Below, piece after piece: positions 1 to 10,751 of a DNA stretch of 64,000 nucleotides; the first letter of the stretch is position 1, and each line of letters starts with the position of its first letter. A program made the position numbers and the translations under genes. The DNA is taken from positions 2,240,001 to 2,304,000 of the forward strand of contig OY759316.1 of assembly GCA_963662275.1 (NCBI GenBank), read 5' to 3'. Below the pieces are notes generated by a model that saw only the letters and a list, made by a program, of their open reading frames with translations, searched no databases and was not told the origin of the DNA. The stretch is from Candidatus Cloacimonadales bacterium (GTDB lineage: Bacteria > Cloacimonadota > Cloacimonadia > Cloacimonadales > DAONDQ01).

Positions 1-893
1 GTAACGGGGATATTATTCAGGTTATGCCATCAAATGGAGCTTATTCGGGTATAACTATAACAAAAAGAATTGAGATTATCGGAGTTGGCTGGAATCCAGA
101 AGGACAAGATACATACACAATCAAAAGAACAAATATATTAGATTTATTTACATTTTCAACAGGATCTGCTGGTTCACGTCTAATTGGATTTGGAGGAGTA
201 TTTTATCTATTGATACAGCAGGATAACATTACAGTTAAAAATTGTAATTTAAGCTTTGTAGTTATAGGATCGAACAATACAACAGCGTATAATACATTAT
301 TGATTAATAATCTTATTTATAGTGTTTATTGTCCCCCATTAAGGTTATACTGTAACAATGGCTACAATTCTTCCGTTTCATTACAGATGTACAATTGCAT
401 GGTTATTTACGCCGGTGCGTTTATTTGGAACGAATATAATCAAAATTATGGAGTTTATCTTAGTAGTAATTATGTATTTATTAATAATACAATTCTTTAT
501 GCTTATGAGGGAATGGGATCATTTACATGGGATGATCGGGGTGATTATACTAACGCTACTTTAATGAACAATATCGTTACTGCAAACTTGGTTTCAAGTC
601 CAAATTTTACATATAATGTGACTGGTAATTCTGCCATATATTGCATCTCTTCTGATTATTACACTCTTCCAGGATCTGCTGCAATAGATGCAGGCAATCC
701 GAATATAGCTTTCAATGATCTTGATGTAAGCAGAAACGACTGCGGTGCATATGGCGGACCAACACCCTTTGTAGATGGAGGAATTCCGGGATATCCTTCT
801 ATCTATGAGATCAATGGACCTGGGGTTGCACACCCAATGAAAGTATTCCAATTCAAATCAAAGCCAAGACGAACAGGGATTAGGAGGAGGTGA
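1..893 (+). CDS. Secreted right-handed beta-helix-like protein, 5'-truncated by the window edge; probable frameshift near 831-836
   Basis: Frame is open from base 3 (NGDIIQVMPS...). Asn-rich parallel-beta repeats and a typical 'SAAIDAGNP...D..RNDCGAYGG' C-terminal motif. An alternative frame ends ...SIPIQIKAKTNRD* at 881-883. Confidence 0.65.
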   Translation, partial: NGDIIQVMPSNGAYSGITITKRIEIIGVGWNPEGQDTYTIKRTNILDLFTFSTGSAGSRLIGFGGVFYLLIQQDNITVKNCNLSFVVIGSNNTTAYNTLLINNLIYSVYCPPLRLYCNNGYNSSVSLQMYNCMVIYAGAFIWNEYNQNYGVYLSSNYVFINNTILYAYEGMGSFTWDDRGDYTNATLMNNIVTANLVSSPNFTYNVTGNSAIYCISSDYYTLPGSAAIDAGNPNIAFNDLDVSRNDCGAYGGPTPFVDGGIPGYPSIYEINGPGVAHPMKVFQFKSKPRRTGIRRR

Positions 894-3800
894 TGAAAAA
901 ATATCTAATTGTATCATTCTTTGTTTTTCTAATCTCGTTGTGCACCGCTGGTAATTCTCCTTATCCGATAATTTTTGTGCATGGGCTAAAGGATAGTGAT
1001 AAATGTTTCCTTAGTACAATGAGAATACTTAATACAAAAAATGGGAATTCACCAGATGATATCAAAATATATGACGTGATACTGAATGCTGATAATGATA
1101 ATGGCAATTCCTTATTAGCAGATGATGTGAAAGATACACCATTTATTTTACAGAAACACAACGATGTATATGCAATCTATCCCGGAAAAAGAATGTATGC
1201 TGAGTCAGTTAATGATTATGATATGAGTTGGCATGGCGATTCACAGATTTTTGCAGTTAACTTCGATAGTAAAAGAATAAAGGGAACCTTGGGTGAAGTA
1301 TGTGACTTAAGTAATCAGGCTGCTATTTATAAACAAGGTTGTGCCTTAGGAAAAATGATCCAGAAAGTGCTGGATTACACAGGTAAAGACAAAGTAATTT
1401 TAGTCGGTCATTCCTTGGGAGGTTTAGCAATTAGAGAATATCTCCAAAGAACAGATACAGGAATGCCCAATTCACTTCATACATGGTGGGTAGATAAAAA
1501 TGACGAAGAGAATGGACATAAGGTAGCAAGGGTTATTACAATTGACACACCACATTTAGGCTCTAATTCAAGTATTTTTGAACCACTGGTCAAAACAAGA
1601 GAATTTCCTTGGGAAGCATTACCTGATGAGTATAGTGAAGCTGTAAGAGATTTAAGAGTAAGTCACAATTCTCTCGGAGTAGAGCTTAATGGAGTATATT
1701 TATTTGGTGGTATGGAGTCAATTCCAGCATTGCTTTATCATAACTTTGATACGAATTGTAATGGAAATGAAACTGATTATATTACAGGGCTGAATTCTGG
1801 AACTGTGGCAAACCCGGCAATTAAATTACCTGATAATATACCTTATACCTGGGTAACTTCTGATTGTGGTGATGGTGACAACTCCTATTGGAATAATTCG
1901 TATTCTCCCGGTGATGGAGTTGTGTTTTTAGAGAGGCAATATTTATATTCAAATGATTTTATACCCTCTCCAGTAGGCTTAGCAGATACTCTTTTCACAC
2001 ATTACTTACATACAAGTCTCCCTGGAATAGATCATGAATCTGTGTTAAGCCATCCTGAAGTAGCAATCAGAGCTTTGGATGAGCCAGATACAGGTAGTTT
2101 TGCATATTTAGTGGAACCTAATAAGTGGTATAGCGGATTTATTACATATCAACAAGATATGTCTACGATGGATATTGATTTCTATAAGATGGAAGTATCC
2201 ATACCCAGTTTAATTACTTGCGAATTGTGGACGAACCAAACTGGATTACACCATGCTTATTTTACTGATTCTAATTTCGTTGTAATTCACGAACCCGTTA
2301 TTTTGGCAGATGGTCAGAATATCATTACATTTACTGCTTTACCAGGAACGATCTATATTAAGCTTGTTGGAGATGCATACGGTGGTATTTCTGGTAATAA
2401 TGCTTCAACAGATGATGCCTATGATTTTTATATAACTTCTTCTCAGATTTCAATGACAGCTCGATATCACGCTACACCTCTTGCCGGAAATACTGAGACT
2501 AATTTCCATTTTTATGATGATTCTACCACCCAAAACACAACGATAACAACATGGCAATGGGATTTCAACGGGGATGGTGAAGTCGAATCCACAGAGCAAA
2601 ATCCGGTATGGGTATACGACACTCCCGGGACATACAATGTGATTTTAAGAGTAACTGATGGTAGTGGTGCTCCGGGAAATGACGGAATTCATGCTGATTA
2701 TGAGATGAAAATGAACTATATTATTGTTAACGGCTTACCAAGTGGGAATGATAATGAAATTGTCTGGATGGAGTATTTCATCGATACTGATCCTGGAATC
2801 AATAACGGAGAACCCATATTTTTAATTCCTGCTCCGGATATTACTGCTGATGTTTCCATTAACATTGGTAACTTATCAGAGGGACTTCATAGGCTATACA
2901 TAAGGGCTTTGGATTCAAATGGCAAATGGGGACTTCCTCAATGCAAACCTTTCATCGTTCAGCAGACTTCTCCGCAGCAGCCTCTTCCGAATATCACCCA
3001 GATGGAGTATTTCATCGATACCAATGTCAGTCCCGGTAGTGGTACAAGTGTGCCTATCTCATCTTCAAGCGACGTAACTGCTACTACAAATGTGGCTTTG
3101 AATAACCTGACTGAAGGTTTACATCGGATGTATGTTCGAGCTAAAGACGCTAATGGCAGATGGGGTCTTCCTCAATGCAAACCATTCATCGTTCAGCAGA
3201 CTTCTCCTCAGCAGCCCTTACCTAATATCACACAGATGGAGTATTTCATCGATACAAGTGTCAATCCGGGTAGTGGAACAAGCGTGCCAATCTCTCCTTC
3301 TAATGATGTTACTGCTACTACAAATGTAACTTTAAATAATCTATCTGAAGGTTTACATCGAATGTATGTGAGAGCAAAAGATGCAAATGGCAGATGGGGA
3401 CTTCCTCAATGCAAGCCGTTCATTGTCCAGCAGACTTCTCCCTTTGAGTCTTTGCCGACAATCACTGAAATGGAGTATTTTTATGATACTGATCCGGGTA
3501 TTGGACAAGGTTCGCCAATTGCCGTGAGTCCTTCTTCAGATGTGACCGTGAATGCGACTTTGCCTGTCAGTGACCTTGATTTGGGCAATCATACCTTGTA
3601 TTTGCGAGCGAAAGATAGCTTAGATCGATGGGGATTACCACAGTCCATTGGTTTCCAGCTTGTAGTCAGACCGGATACACCTAAGAATGCAGAAATCACT
3701 ATACGGGATGGTGTTTTAGAGATAAGCTGGGATTCAGTCACACAGGTAACGGGCTATAAAGTCTATGCATCAGATAACTCGGTTTCAGGCTTTGCAGATA

Positions 3801-3970
3801 TTACGAACCAGGGAACTGTGAATCTGAGTCGAAGCAGAATGACCTGGACAACTTCGCTATCCACTGCTGCACATCAGTTCTATTATGTGAAATCGCATAA
3901 TAGTGAGAGGGCAGTCAAAGAGTTATTGAGCAGTAAGAAGCAGGAAAGAGAATTAAAAATTAAGAATTAA
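893..3970 (+). CDS. Secreted multidomain alpha/beta-hydrolase (lipase/PGAP1-like) with PKD domain, four 78-aa repeats and C-terminal FN3-like domain
   Basis: Signal peptide, PIIFVHG oxyanion motif, GHSLGG nucleophile elbow, TPHLGS, PKD motif WQWDFNGDG...YDTPGTY. AGGAGG RBS before the ATG at 893. Confidence 0.85.
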   Translation: MKKYLIVSFFVFLISLCTAGNSPYPIIFVHGLKDSDKCFLSTMRILNTKNGNSPDDIKIYDVILNADNDNGNSLLADDVKDTPFILQKHNDVYAIYPGKRMYAESVNDYDMSWHGDSQIFAVNFDSKRIKGTLGEVCDLSNQAAIYKQGCALGKMIQKVLDYTGKDKVILVGHSLGGLAIREYLQRTDTGMPNSLHTWWVDKNDEENGHKVARVITIDTPHLGSNSSIFEPLVKTREFPWEALPDEYSEAVRDLRVSHNSLGVELNGVYLFGGMESIPALLYHNFDTNCNGNETDYITGLNSGTVANPAIKLPDNIPYTWVTSDCGDGDNSYWNNSYSPGDGVVFLERQYLYSNDFIPSPVGLADTLFTHYLHTSLPGIDHESVLSHPEVAIRALDEPDTGSFAYLVEPNKWYSGFITYQQDMSTMDIDFYKMEVSIPSLITCELWTNQTGLHHAYFTDSNFVVIHEPVILADGQNIITFTALPGTIYIKLVGDAYGGISGNNASTDDAYDFYITSSQISMTARYHATPLAGNTETNFHFYDDSTTQNTTITTWQWDFNGDGEVESTEQNPVWVYDTPGTYNVILRVTDGSGAPGNDGIHADYEMKMNYIIVNGLPSGNDNEIVWMEYFIDTDPGINNGEPIFLIPAPDITADVSINIGNLSEGLHRLYIRALDSNGKWGLPQCKPFIVQQTSPQQPLPNITQMEYFIDTNVSPGSGTSVPISSSSDVTATTNVALNNLTEGLHRMYVRAKDANGRWGLPQCKPFIVQQTSPQQPLPNITQMEYFIDTSVNPGSGTSVPISPSNDVTATTNVTLNNLSEGLHRMYVRAKDANGRWGLPQCKPFIVQQTSPFESLPTITEMEYFYDTDPGIGQGSPIAVSPSSDVTVNATLPVSDLDLGNHTLYLRAKDSLDRWGLPQSIGFQLVVRPDTPKNAEITIRDGVLEISWDSVTQVTGYKVYASDNSVSGFADITNQGTVNLSRSRMTWTTSLSTAAHQFYYVKSHNSERAVKELLSSKKQERELKIKN
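2768..3660 (+). repeat. Four intragenic 234-nt (78-aa) tandem repeats, MEYFIDT.PG...GLHRMYVRAKD..GRWGLPQ
   Basis: ATGGAGTATTT recurs at 2768, 3002, 3236 and 3470, an exact 234-nt period. Confidence 0.95.
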
Positions 3971-4062
3971 GAATTAAGAATTGGCAGAGAAGAAGCTTAT
4001 AGCTGATAGCTTGTAGCTTATAGGGGCAGAGCGAAGATTGAAGAAATTAAGAATTAAGAAAT
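3950..4062. repeat. Short heptamer tandem repeats (AATTAAG)n and (AGCTTAT/AGCTGAT)n
   Basis: aattaaaaattaagaattaagaattaagaatt and agcttatagctgatagcttgtagcttatag are read directly. Confidence 0.85.
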
Positions 4063-4170
4063 GGCAGAGAAGAGCGGAACACTTCTGATTCTTCGATCTT
4101 TTGTAAAGAGAAGACAGGAACACTTTTGATTCCCCGCTCTTTTGTAAGGAGAAGACCTGTTCCCTCTGAT

Positions 4171-4717
4171 TCCCCGCTCTTTTGTAAAGAGAGGGATTAG
4201 GGGAGAGTTAGAATATCCAAAGTTGTGAGGGCATTATGAAAGTCATCAATCATATTTCTACAAAACGAAAGAGATCTGATCTTAGAAAAAAGCAAACTGA
4301 AGCTGAAAAGAAACTATGGTCACGTTTGCGAAATAAGAGTTTTATGGAACTTAAATTCTTCAGACAGTCTAGTATTGGTAATTATATCGCTGATTTCTAT
4401 TGTCCGTAAATGAAGTTGGTGATTGAGGTAGATGGTAGTCAGCATTTTGAAGAATCTAATCTTGAATATGATTTAAAACGTTCAGAATATTTTAGAAGTC
4501 TTGGTATTAGAGTTCTAAGATTCAATAATGGGGATGTTCTGATAAATATCGACGAAGTTATGGAACGCATTTACCTATTTTTGAATGAACCTGATCTGAT
4601 AATGAAATAGGAAACTAACTCTCATTTGATGCAGGAAGTTCTGGTATAATAAGGTAGGAGCTGGTTCAGAGAAGAACTAACTCTCCCCCAACCCCTCTCT
4701 TTACAAAAGAGCGGGGA
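4171..4717. mobile_element. 41-bp inverted repeats (39/41 identical) bracketing a DUF559 endonuclease pseudogene
   Basis: 4171-4211 TCCCCGCTCTTTTGTAAAGAGAGGGATTAGGGGAGAGTTAG is the reverse complement of 4677-4717 with 2 mismatches. Confidence 0.75.
4236..4610 (+). pseudogene. DUF559 / Vsr-like endonuclease interrupted by an in-frame TAA at 4407-4409
   Basis: ATG 4236 gives MKVINHISTKRKRSDLRKKQTEAEKKLWSRLRNK...FFRQ..IGNYIADFYCP*MKLVIEVDGSQH...GIRVLRF in one frame. Confidence 0.88.
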
Positions 4718-4817
4718 GTTAAAGCAATATAGAGCGGGGAGTTAGGCAATATAGAGCGGGGAGTTAAAGCTTTCCAGAGCTGGGAGTTAGGCAATATAGA
4801 GCGGGGAGTTAAAGTCC
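4708..4817. repeat. Five tandem 22-23-nt units AGAGCGGGGAGTTA(AAGC/GGC)AATAT
   Basis: Directly visible tandem expansion of the outer end of the right inverted repeat. Confidence 0.9.
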
Positions 4818-4824
4818 AACATAA

Positions 4825-5928
4825 TTACTCTTTATCAATATAAAAATCCATCACCAGTTGTTCATTTTCTTCCGAATCCTCAAACACAAGATTAGACATG
4901 GAAATTCCGAGTAATCTTACTTTCTGGGTAGGATTAACTTGAATCAACAAATCCCGAACTTGCCTGAAGATGCTTTTCGCATCATCAATAGCAATTAGTC
5001 CTGTTTTGCATCGAGTTATTGATTGAAAATCTTCATACTTCAATTTCAGCGTTGTTGTTTTAGCTTTTGCCCCTTCTTTTTTCATGCGTTTTTCCACTTC
5101 CTGTGATAATTCCTCCAAGACTGTTATCATTTCAGGGAAATTATCCAAATCACGATCAAAAGTAGTCTCATGTCCAATGGATTTGCTCAGTCTTTCCGGT
5201 GTTACAGGTCTGTTATCAATTCCCCTGACAATACAGTAATAATAGTATCCGGTTTTGCCAAATGTACGAAGCAAATCCTTTATATCCCATGATTTCAAAT
5301 CAGCTCCGTTCTTTATTCCCAGTTCAATCATCTTCTTTTCAGTGACTTTCCCGATACCGTAGAACTTTCCGATTTCCAACTTTTCAAGTACTGCTTCCGC
5401 ATTCTCAGGACGAATCACAACAAGACCATCGGGCTTTTCTAATTCAGAAGCTATCTTGGCTAGGAACATATTATAAGATACTCCCGCAGAGCAGGTCAAT
5501 TGCGTTCTTTCCAGTATTTTCTGTTTGATTTCGCGTGCAATGTTCGTAGCTACAGGATTATTCATTGTATTCTGGGTTACATCCATATAGGCTTCATCTA
5601 AGGACATGGTTTCCACAAGATCGGTATATTCATGAAAGACTTCCCTGATAATACGCGATGCTTCCCGATATGCTCCAAAATTAGAATGTACAAAGATACC
5701 TTCAGGACATAATCTTCGAGCCAATGAACTTGCCATTGCTGAATGAACTCCAAACTTCCTGGCTTCATACGAACATGTGGACACCACTCCCCTACTATTT
5801 GGGTTTCCCCCAACAATGACAGGCTTACCCTTCAATTCAGGATGATCCCGAATCTCCACAGCAGCAAAGAAAGCATCCATATCCACATGGATGATCTTAC
5901 GGGTTGTGTCATTATGTTCTAATAGCAT
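4825..5928 (-). CDS. dinB: DNA polymerase IV (Y family)
   Basis: IIHVDMDAFFAAVE, STCSYEARKFGV, SLDEAYMD motifs. Confidence 0.97.
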   Translation of the reverse strand: MLLEHNDTTRKIIHVDMDAFFAAVEIRDHPELKGKPVIVGGNPNSRGVVSTCSYEARKFGVHSAMASSLARRLCPEGIFVHSNFGAYREASRIIREVFHEYTDLVETMSLDEAYMDVTQNTMNNPVATNIAREIKQKILERTQLTCSAGVSYNMFLAKIASELEKPDGLVVIRPENAEAVLEKLEIGKFYGIGKVTEKKMIELGIKNGADLKSWDIKDLLRTFGKTGYYYYCIVRGIDNRPVTPERLSKSIGHETTFDRDLDNFPEMITVLEELSQEVEKRMKKEGAKAKTTTLKLKYEDFQSITRCKTGLIAIDDAKSIFRQVRDLLIQVNPTQKVRLLGISMSNLVFEDSEENEQLVMDFYIDKE

Positions 5929-5999
5929 TTATCTATTCCCTTTTTCTATATGCTGTAAGTACCCTGTACCCTTAACTAGTTAACCGCCTAAAGCCAGTG

Positions 6000-6305
6000 C
6001 TACATCAAATACTTCTTAAAATCGATTTTATCTCTCTCATCAAAAACGATACCTTCTTTTTCCAGGAGGCTTTTCTGCAATTCATATCCACAACCGAGGG
6101 GTAATGAAATCTTCCCTTTGCTATTGATAACACGATGCCAGGGCAGCTTTTCCTTGTCACTAGAGGAATTCAATACCCATACTACGACACGTGCAGCCAA
6201 TGGACTGCCTGCGAGAGCTGCGATCTGTCCATAAGTTGATACCTTTCCCTTTGGAATGGAACGGATTATCTCGATGATACTTTCTGCTAATGTTCTGTCT
6301 TGCAT
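6000..6305 (-). CDS. Alkyltransferase-like (ATL, MGMT family) DNA-binding protein
   Basis: IPKGKVSTYGQIA and PWHRV (Trp replaces the catalytic Cys of PCHRV). Confidence 0.92.
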   Translation of the reverse strand: MQDRTLAESIIEIIRSIPKGKVSTYGQIAALAGSPLAARVVVWVLNSSSDKEKLPWHRVINSKGKISLPLGCGYELQKSLLEKEGIVFDERDKIDFKKYLM

Positions 6306-6599
6306 AAGCTACCTTCAGAAATGTGATCTGGTATTGATGATTAAATATAAAATTTCAGTCAAGTACTAATCCTATTAAGAAATAAGTTTCTCTTATATAT
6401 GATTGTGAGACGATCTTAAATAAACTCGTATCTTCTTATATAACAAACGATATCCTGATTATCATGATATCCTCTTTATATCTAATAAAACGGCTACATT
6501 ATTATACTACATTCTTTTACAAATATGAAATTCCTTGACTTAATATTGTAGCCTTTGTTTTATATGATTCATATGAAATATTTCAGTAGGGGTGCTGAT

Positions 6600-8090
6600 A
6601 TGGCTGGAAATGAAAAGTTAAAACGTGCAAGCCGTTCTTTTCTGCTACGATTTGAATCTTTTTCTGAAGAAAATCATATCATCCTCAATGGTATGAAGAT
6701 CATTATCGGTGTCTCAGGTGGAGCAGATTCCATGGCTTTATTGCAGTGTCTGAATCTACTGCGTCAAAAATATCAGCTTTCTCTCTTGGTAGCCCATGTA
6801 AATTATCATTTACGGGGTGCTGATTCTGATCGAGATGCTAAGCATGTGAAAGATTTCTGTTTCAAGCATAATTTGTCCATTGTCATGAAAGATGCCCAAC
6901 TTAGTACTACTGTAGACCTTGAAAACCAGGCACGTAAGATTAGACGTGATTATTTCCAAGGTTTGATACAAACATATAACATGGATGTGATTGCGCTTGG
7001 ACATCAGCAGAAAGACCAGGCAGAGACATTCCTTATGAATATGATTCGTGGTGCCGGCTTGACTGGTTTGCATGCCATCCTGCCAAAGTCAGGAAATACT
7101 ATACATCCGCTTCTTCCTTTTTCCCGAAAGGAGATATGCGATTTTCTCAATGCAGAAGGAATTAGCTGGTGTGAGGATAGCAGTAATCAAGATACTCATT
7201 ACAAAAGAAACAAAGTCCGATTGGAATTGCTTCCCTGGATAGAAAATAACATGAATCCGGCAATTATTGAACATCTATCTGATTTGGCATCTGTTTTTGC
7301 TTCCACGGATACTTTCATCAGGGACACTGTACGGATCAAATTAAAACAACTCATAGTGGCACAGAACCAGGATACCATTTGCATTGAACTAGCTCCTCTA
7401 GTATTATTAAATCCAACATTGCGCTTCTACCTATGTCGAGAGCTATATTATCATTTTTCAGGAACTGAGCAGAATTTCTTCCGTCCTTATTGGGAGGATA
7501 TAGAAGCTCTCTACCATTCAAAAGGCTGTAAATATACAGTTCTTCCTAACCATATCTTTGTGATTCGAGAGTATGGAGAATTGATCTTTACAATCAAAGA
7601 CCCTAATATCTTACCAGAAGAACAGGAGCGAGAGTTATCTAATTTACGAAATCGCTTTGTTTTTGGAAATTACCGTATCGATTTGAAACGTTTGAAAGGA
7701 TTACCTTCAAAACGCTATCCTTTTGAAGATAAAAGCACTGTCTATCTTGATGCAGACCATATCACCTTCCCTCTTTGTATTCGTTACCGGAGAAATGGAG
7801 ATACATTCCAACCGCTTGGATTGAAGGGTAATAAGAAGCTTAAGGATTTTTTCATTGACGAAAAGATTGCTAAAACTGAGAGAGATAAGATTCCAGTCTT
7901 TGTAGATCAGGAGAAAATCCTGTGGATCAGTGGAATGAGAATAGATCAAAGAGTAGCAGTACAACAGAATACCAGGAATATTCTTATGATCCATATCGAA
8001 AAGATGAGTGAAGTAAAACAGCGTTCTGCGGAACGGATATCGAAGGAAGAAGCTGAACCTACTGCGAAAGATGTCTTTCTTCTTCGCTAA
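6600..8090 (+). CDS. tilS: tRNA(Ile)-lysidine synthetase
   Basis: SGGADS PP-loop and TilS C-terminal domain; tilS-hpt-ftsH synteny. Start taken at ATG 6600 (ORF track gives 6555). Confidence 0.95.
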   Translation: MAGNEKLKRASRSFLLRFESFSEENHIILNGMKIIIGVSGGADSMALLQCLNLLRQKYQLSLLVAHVNYHLRGADSDRDAKHVKDFCFKHNLSIVMKDAQLSTTVDLENQARKIRRDYFQGLIQTYNMDVIALGHQQKDQAETFLMNMIRGAGLTGLHAILPKSGNTIHPLLPFSRKEICDFLNAEGISWCEDSSNQDTHYKRNKVRLELLPWIENNMNPAIIEHLSDLASVFASTDTFIRDTVRIKLKQLIVAQNQDTICIELAPLVLLNPTLRFYLCRELYYHFSGTEQNFFRPYWEDIEALYHSKGCKYTVLPNHIFVIREYGELIFTIKDPNILPEEQERELSNLRNRFVFGNYRIDLKRLKGLPSKRYPFEDKSTVYLDADHITFPLCIRYRRNGDTFQPLGLKGNKKLKDFFIDEKIAKTERDKIPVFVDQEKILWISGMRIDQRVAVQQNTRNILMIHIEKMSEVKQRSAERISKEEAEPTAKDVFLLR

Positions 8091-8119
8091 AAACTATTAT
8101 ATTCTTTTATGAGGACTAT

Positions 8120-8665
8120 ATGACACAAATGAACAAAGATATATCTGCTGTTCTTTATGATGAACGGATGATAGAAACTCGTATTCGGACATTGGGTGAA
8201 CAGATTTCTAAAGACTATCACGGTAAAATACCGGTATTTGTCTGTATCCTGAAAGGCAGCCTGGTATTTCTTTCTGATCTGATCAGATGCGTAACCATTC
8301 CCATTGAAATTGATAGTATGGCAGTTTCCAGCTATGGTAACAGCCACGTTTCTTCCGGAGTGGTCAAGATCAAAAAGGATATTGACATCGACCTGTTTGA
8401 ACGGGATGTCATCATTGTGGAAGATATCGTTGATTCCGGTTTGTCACTGCAATATATCAAAGAATATCTTGCCAAGCATGAACCTTCATCTGTAAAAGTC
8501 TGTGTTTTCCTGGATAAGCCGAAGGCTCATAAAGTACCTGTCGCAATAGATTATTGTGGCTTTGAAATTGGTAATGAATTCGTAGTCGGATATGGATTGG
8601 ATTATGATGAGAACTACCGTAACCTGCCCTACATTGGAATCCTCAAAGAGGAGATATATACATGA
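8120..8665 (+). CDS. hpt: Hypoxanthine phosphoribosyltransferase
   Basis: VIIVEDIVDSGLSL PRPP-binding motif and FVVGYGLDY. Confidence 0.97.
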   Translation: MTQMNKDISAVLYDERMIETRIRTLGEQISKDYHGKIPVFVCILKGSLVFLSDLIRCVTIPIEIDSMAVSSYGNSHVSSGVVKIKKDIDIDLFERDVIIVEDIVDSGLSLQYIKEYLAKHEPSSVKVCVFLDKPKAHKVPVAIDYCGFEIGNEFVVGYGLDYDENYRNLPYIGILKEEIYT

Positions 8666-10677
8666 ACGATCAAAATCCGAATTCGGAGAAAAAACCTACT
8701 CCCCCATCTTCGAAACCACGGTCTCCCAAAAGATCGCAATCTATCACTTTCTGGCTTGTCATGATCCTGCTAATGGTCATTATTTATGAATATGCCGGAT
8801 TAAGCAAACCCAAGATCATTGAGACAAGTTATACTCAGTTTTATCGAATGGTGGAATTAAAAAAAATAACGAAAGTTCAATTCAATAATAAAGATGTGAA
8901 TTTCCAGGATACGACGAATAAACAATTTCATACCTATCTGGCGACTGAAGATCCGGAACTGGTGAAACAATTAGTTGCCCTGAATATAGATGTCAAATCA
9001 ACCAAGCCATCGCAATGGATGGCGATTTTGATAGGCTGGTTGCCATTTATTCTTCTGATAGGCTTCTGGATATTCATGATGCGAGGTATGAACAGCGGAG
9101 GTAACAAAGCTTTCAGTTTTGGTAAAAGTAGGGCACGTCTCTATGAAGCCGGAAAATCCCAAATCACTTTCAAGGATGTAGCCGGTGTGGATGAAGCAAA
9201 AGAGGAATTGGAGGAAATTGTCCAATTTCTGAAAGACCCTCGCAAATTCCAGCGACTCGGTGGTAGGATTCCTCGCGGCGTGTTACTTGTTGGTCGTCCT
9301 GGAACAGGTAAGACCCTGTTGGCTAAGGCTGTAGCTGGTGAAGCAAAAGTCCCCTTCTATAGTATCAGTGGTTCCGATTTCGTTGAAATGTTTGTAGGTG
9401 TGGGTGCAGCGCGCGTGCGTGATCTTTTTGAACAGGCAAAGAAAAGTGCGCCATGTATTGCCTTTATAGATGAAATAGATGCCGTTGGCAGGCACCGCGG
9501 TACCGGTCTTGGGGGCGGTCATGATGAAAGAGAACAGACTTTGAATCAGTTGCTTGTTGAAATGGATGGATTCGAAATTAACGATTCAGTCATTATCATT
9601 GCAGCAACCAATAGACCTGATATCCTTGATCCGGCTTTACTGCGTCCTGGTCGTTTTGATCGTCAGGTCATGGTTGATCTTCCAGATATTAAGGGGCGTT
9701 TTGAGATATTAAAGGTACATTCTTCCCGTATTCCATTATCGGAGAATGTGAATTTACAGATTATTGCTCGTGGTACTCCCGGATTCAGTGGTGCTGATCT
9801 TGCTAACCTGGTGAATGAAGCAGCTTTGATTGCAGCCGGTAAAAACAAGAAAGCGCTTGAAATGGATGATTTTGAGGAAGCGAAAGATAAAGTAACTTTG
9901 GGAAAAGAAAGGAAAAGCCGCGTCATTGAAGAAGATGAGAAACGTCTCACAGCATATCATGAAGTTGGTCATGTATTATGTTCCATATTCCAGGATAAGA
10001 CTGAACCAGTGCATAAAGTGACAATCATTCCACGTGGTTTTACTGGTGGAGCAACACACTATCTATTAACCGATAAATCCAATTATGCGAAGTCCTATCT
10101 TGACCAGATGCTTGTGACAATGATGGGCGGTAGGGCAGCAGAAGAAATAATCTTTGGTGAATTAACTACCGGTGCCGGCAATGATATTGAAAGAGCAACG
10201 GATATTGCCAAGAAAATGGTCTGCAGTTGGGGTATGAGTGAAAAGATAGGACCTATGACCATTGGTAGAGAACAAGGTGAAATCTTCTTGGGGAAAGAAA
10301 TTGCCCAGCGTGATTTTTATAGTGAAGAGACTGCTCAGCTAGTTGATACAGAAATCCGCAGTCTTATCAATAAGTCCCATGATGCTTCGATTGAAATCCT
10401 CAAAGCTCATCGTAATATCCTTGAAAAGATGTCTTTGGAACTCCTTGATAAAGAGACTTTGAATGCTGATGAAATATTCAGCCTGATTCTTGAATCCATA
10501 GATGATGCTACTCGTCAGATGGTGACGAAGAAGTATGATAAAGCTAAAGAATTACGTTTTGGTATGGAATCTGATTTACCTGATGATTTGCCAACTAACA
10601 CACAACCTGAAACGGATGAAGATAATCCCGGATTATTACCAGAACAACCAAATGATAATAAAGAGCCTATTAGCTAG
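8662..10677 (+). CDS. ftsH: ATP-dependent zinc metalloprotease FtsH
   Basis: Two TM helices, GRPGTGKT Walker A, FIDEIDA Walker B, HEVGH zinc motif. Confidence 0.98.
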   Translation: MNDQNPNSEKKPTPPSSKPRSPKRSQSITFWLVMILLMVIIYEYAGLSKPKIIETSYTQFYRMVELKKITKVQFNNKDVNFQDTTNKQFHTYLATEDPELVKQLVALNIDVKSTKPSQWMAILIGWLPFILLIGFWIFMMRGMNSGGNKAFSFGKSRARLYEAGKSQITFKDVAGVDEAKEELEEIVQFLKDPRKFQRLGGRIPRGVLLVGRPGTGKTLLAKAVAGEAKVPFYSISGSDFVEMFVGVGAARVRDLFEQAKKSAPCIAFIDEIDAVGRHRGTGLGGGHDEREQTLNQLLVEMDGFEINDSVIIIAATNRPDILDPALLRPGRFDRQVMVDLPDIKGRFEILKVHSSRIPLSENVNLQIIARGTPGFSGADLANLVNEAALIAAGKNKKALEMDDFEEAKDKVTLGKERKSRVIEEDEKRLTAYHEVGHVLCSIFQDKTEPVHKVTIIPRGFTGGATHYLLTDKSNYAKSYLDQMLVTMMGGRAAEEIIFGELTTGAGNDIERATDIAKKMVCSWGMSEKIGPMTIGREQGEIFLGKEIAQRDFYSEETAQLVDTEIRSLINKSHDASIEILKAHRNILEKMSLELLDKETLNADEIFSLILESIDDATRQMVTKKYDKAKELRFGMESDLPDDLPTNTQPETDEDNPGLLPEQPNDNKEPIS

Positions 10678-10703
10678 TACTTATCATAACTGTATTAACC
10701 CTC

Positions 10704-10731
10704 ATGGCTGCTATCAGGCAGCCATATTTTA
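10704..10731 (+). terminator. Putative intrinsic terminator or stabilising hairpin after ftsH
   Basis: ATGGCTGC-tatcag-GCAGCCAT followed by ATTTT. Confidence 0.5.
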
Positions 10732-10751
10732 TGAATCATAGGTAGGATGAA

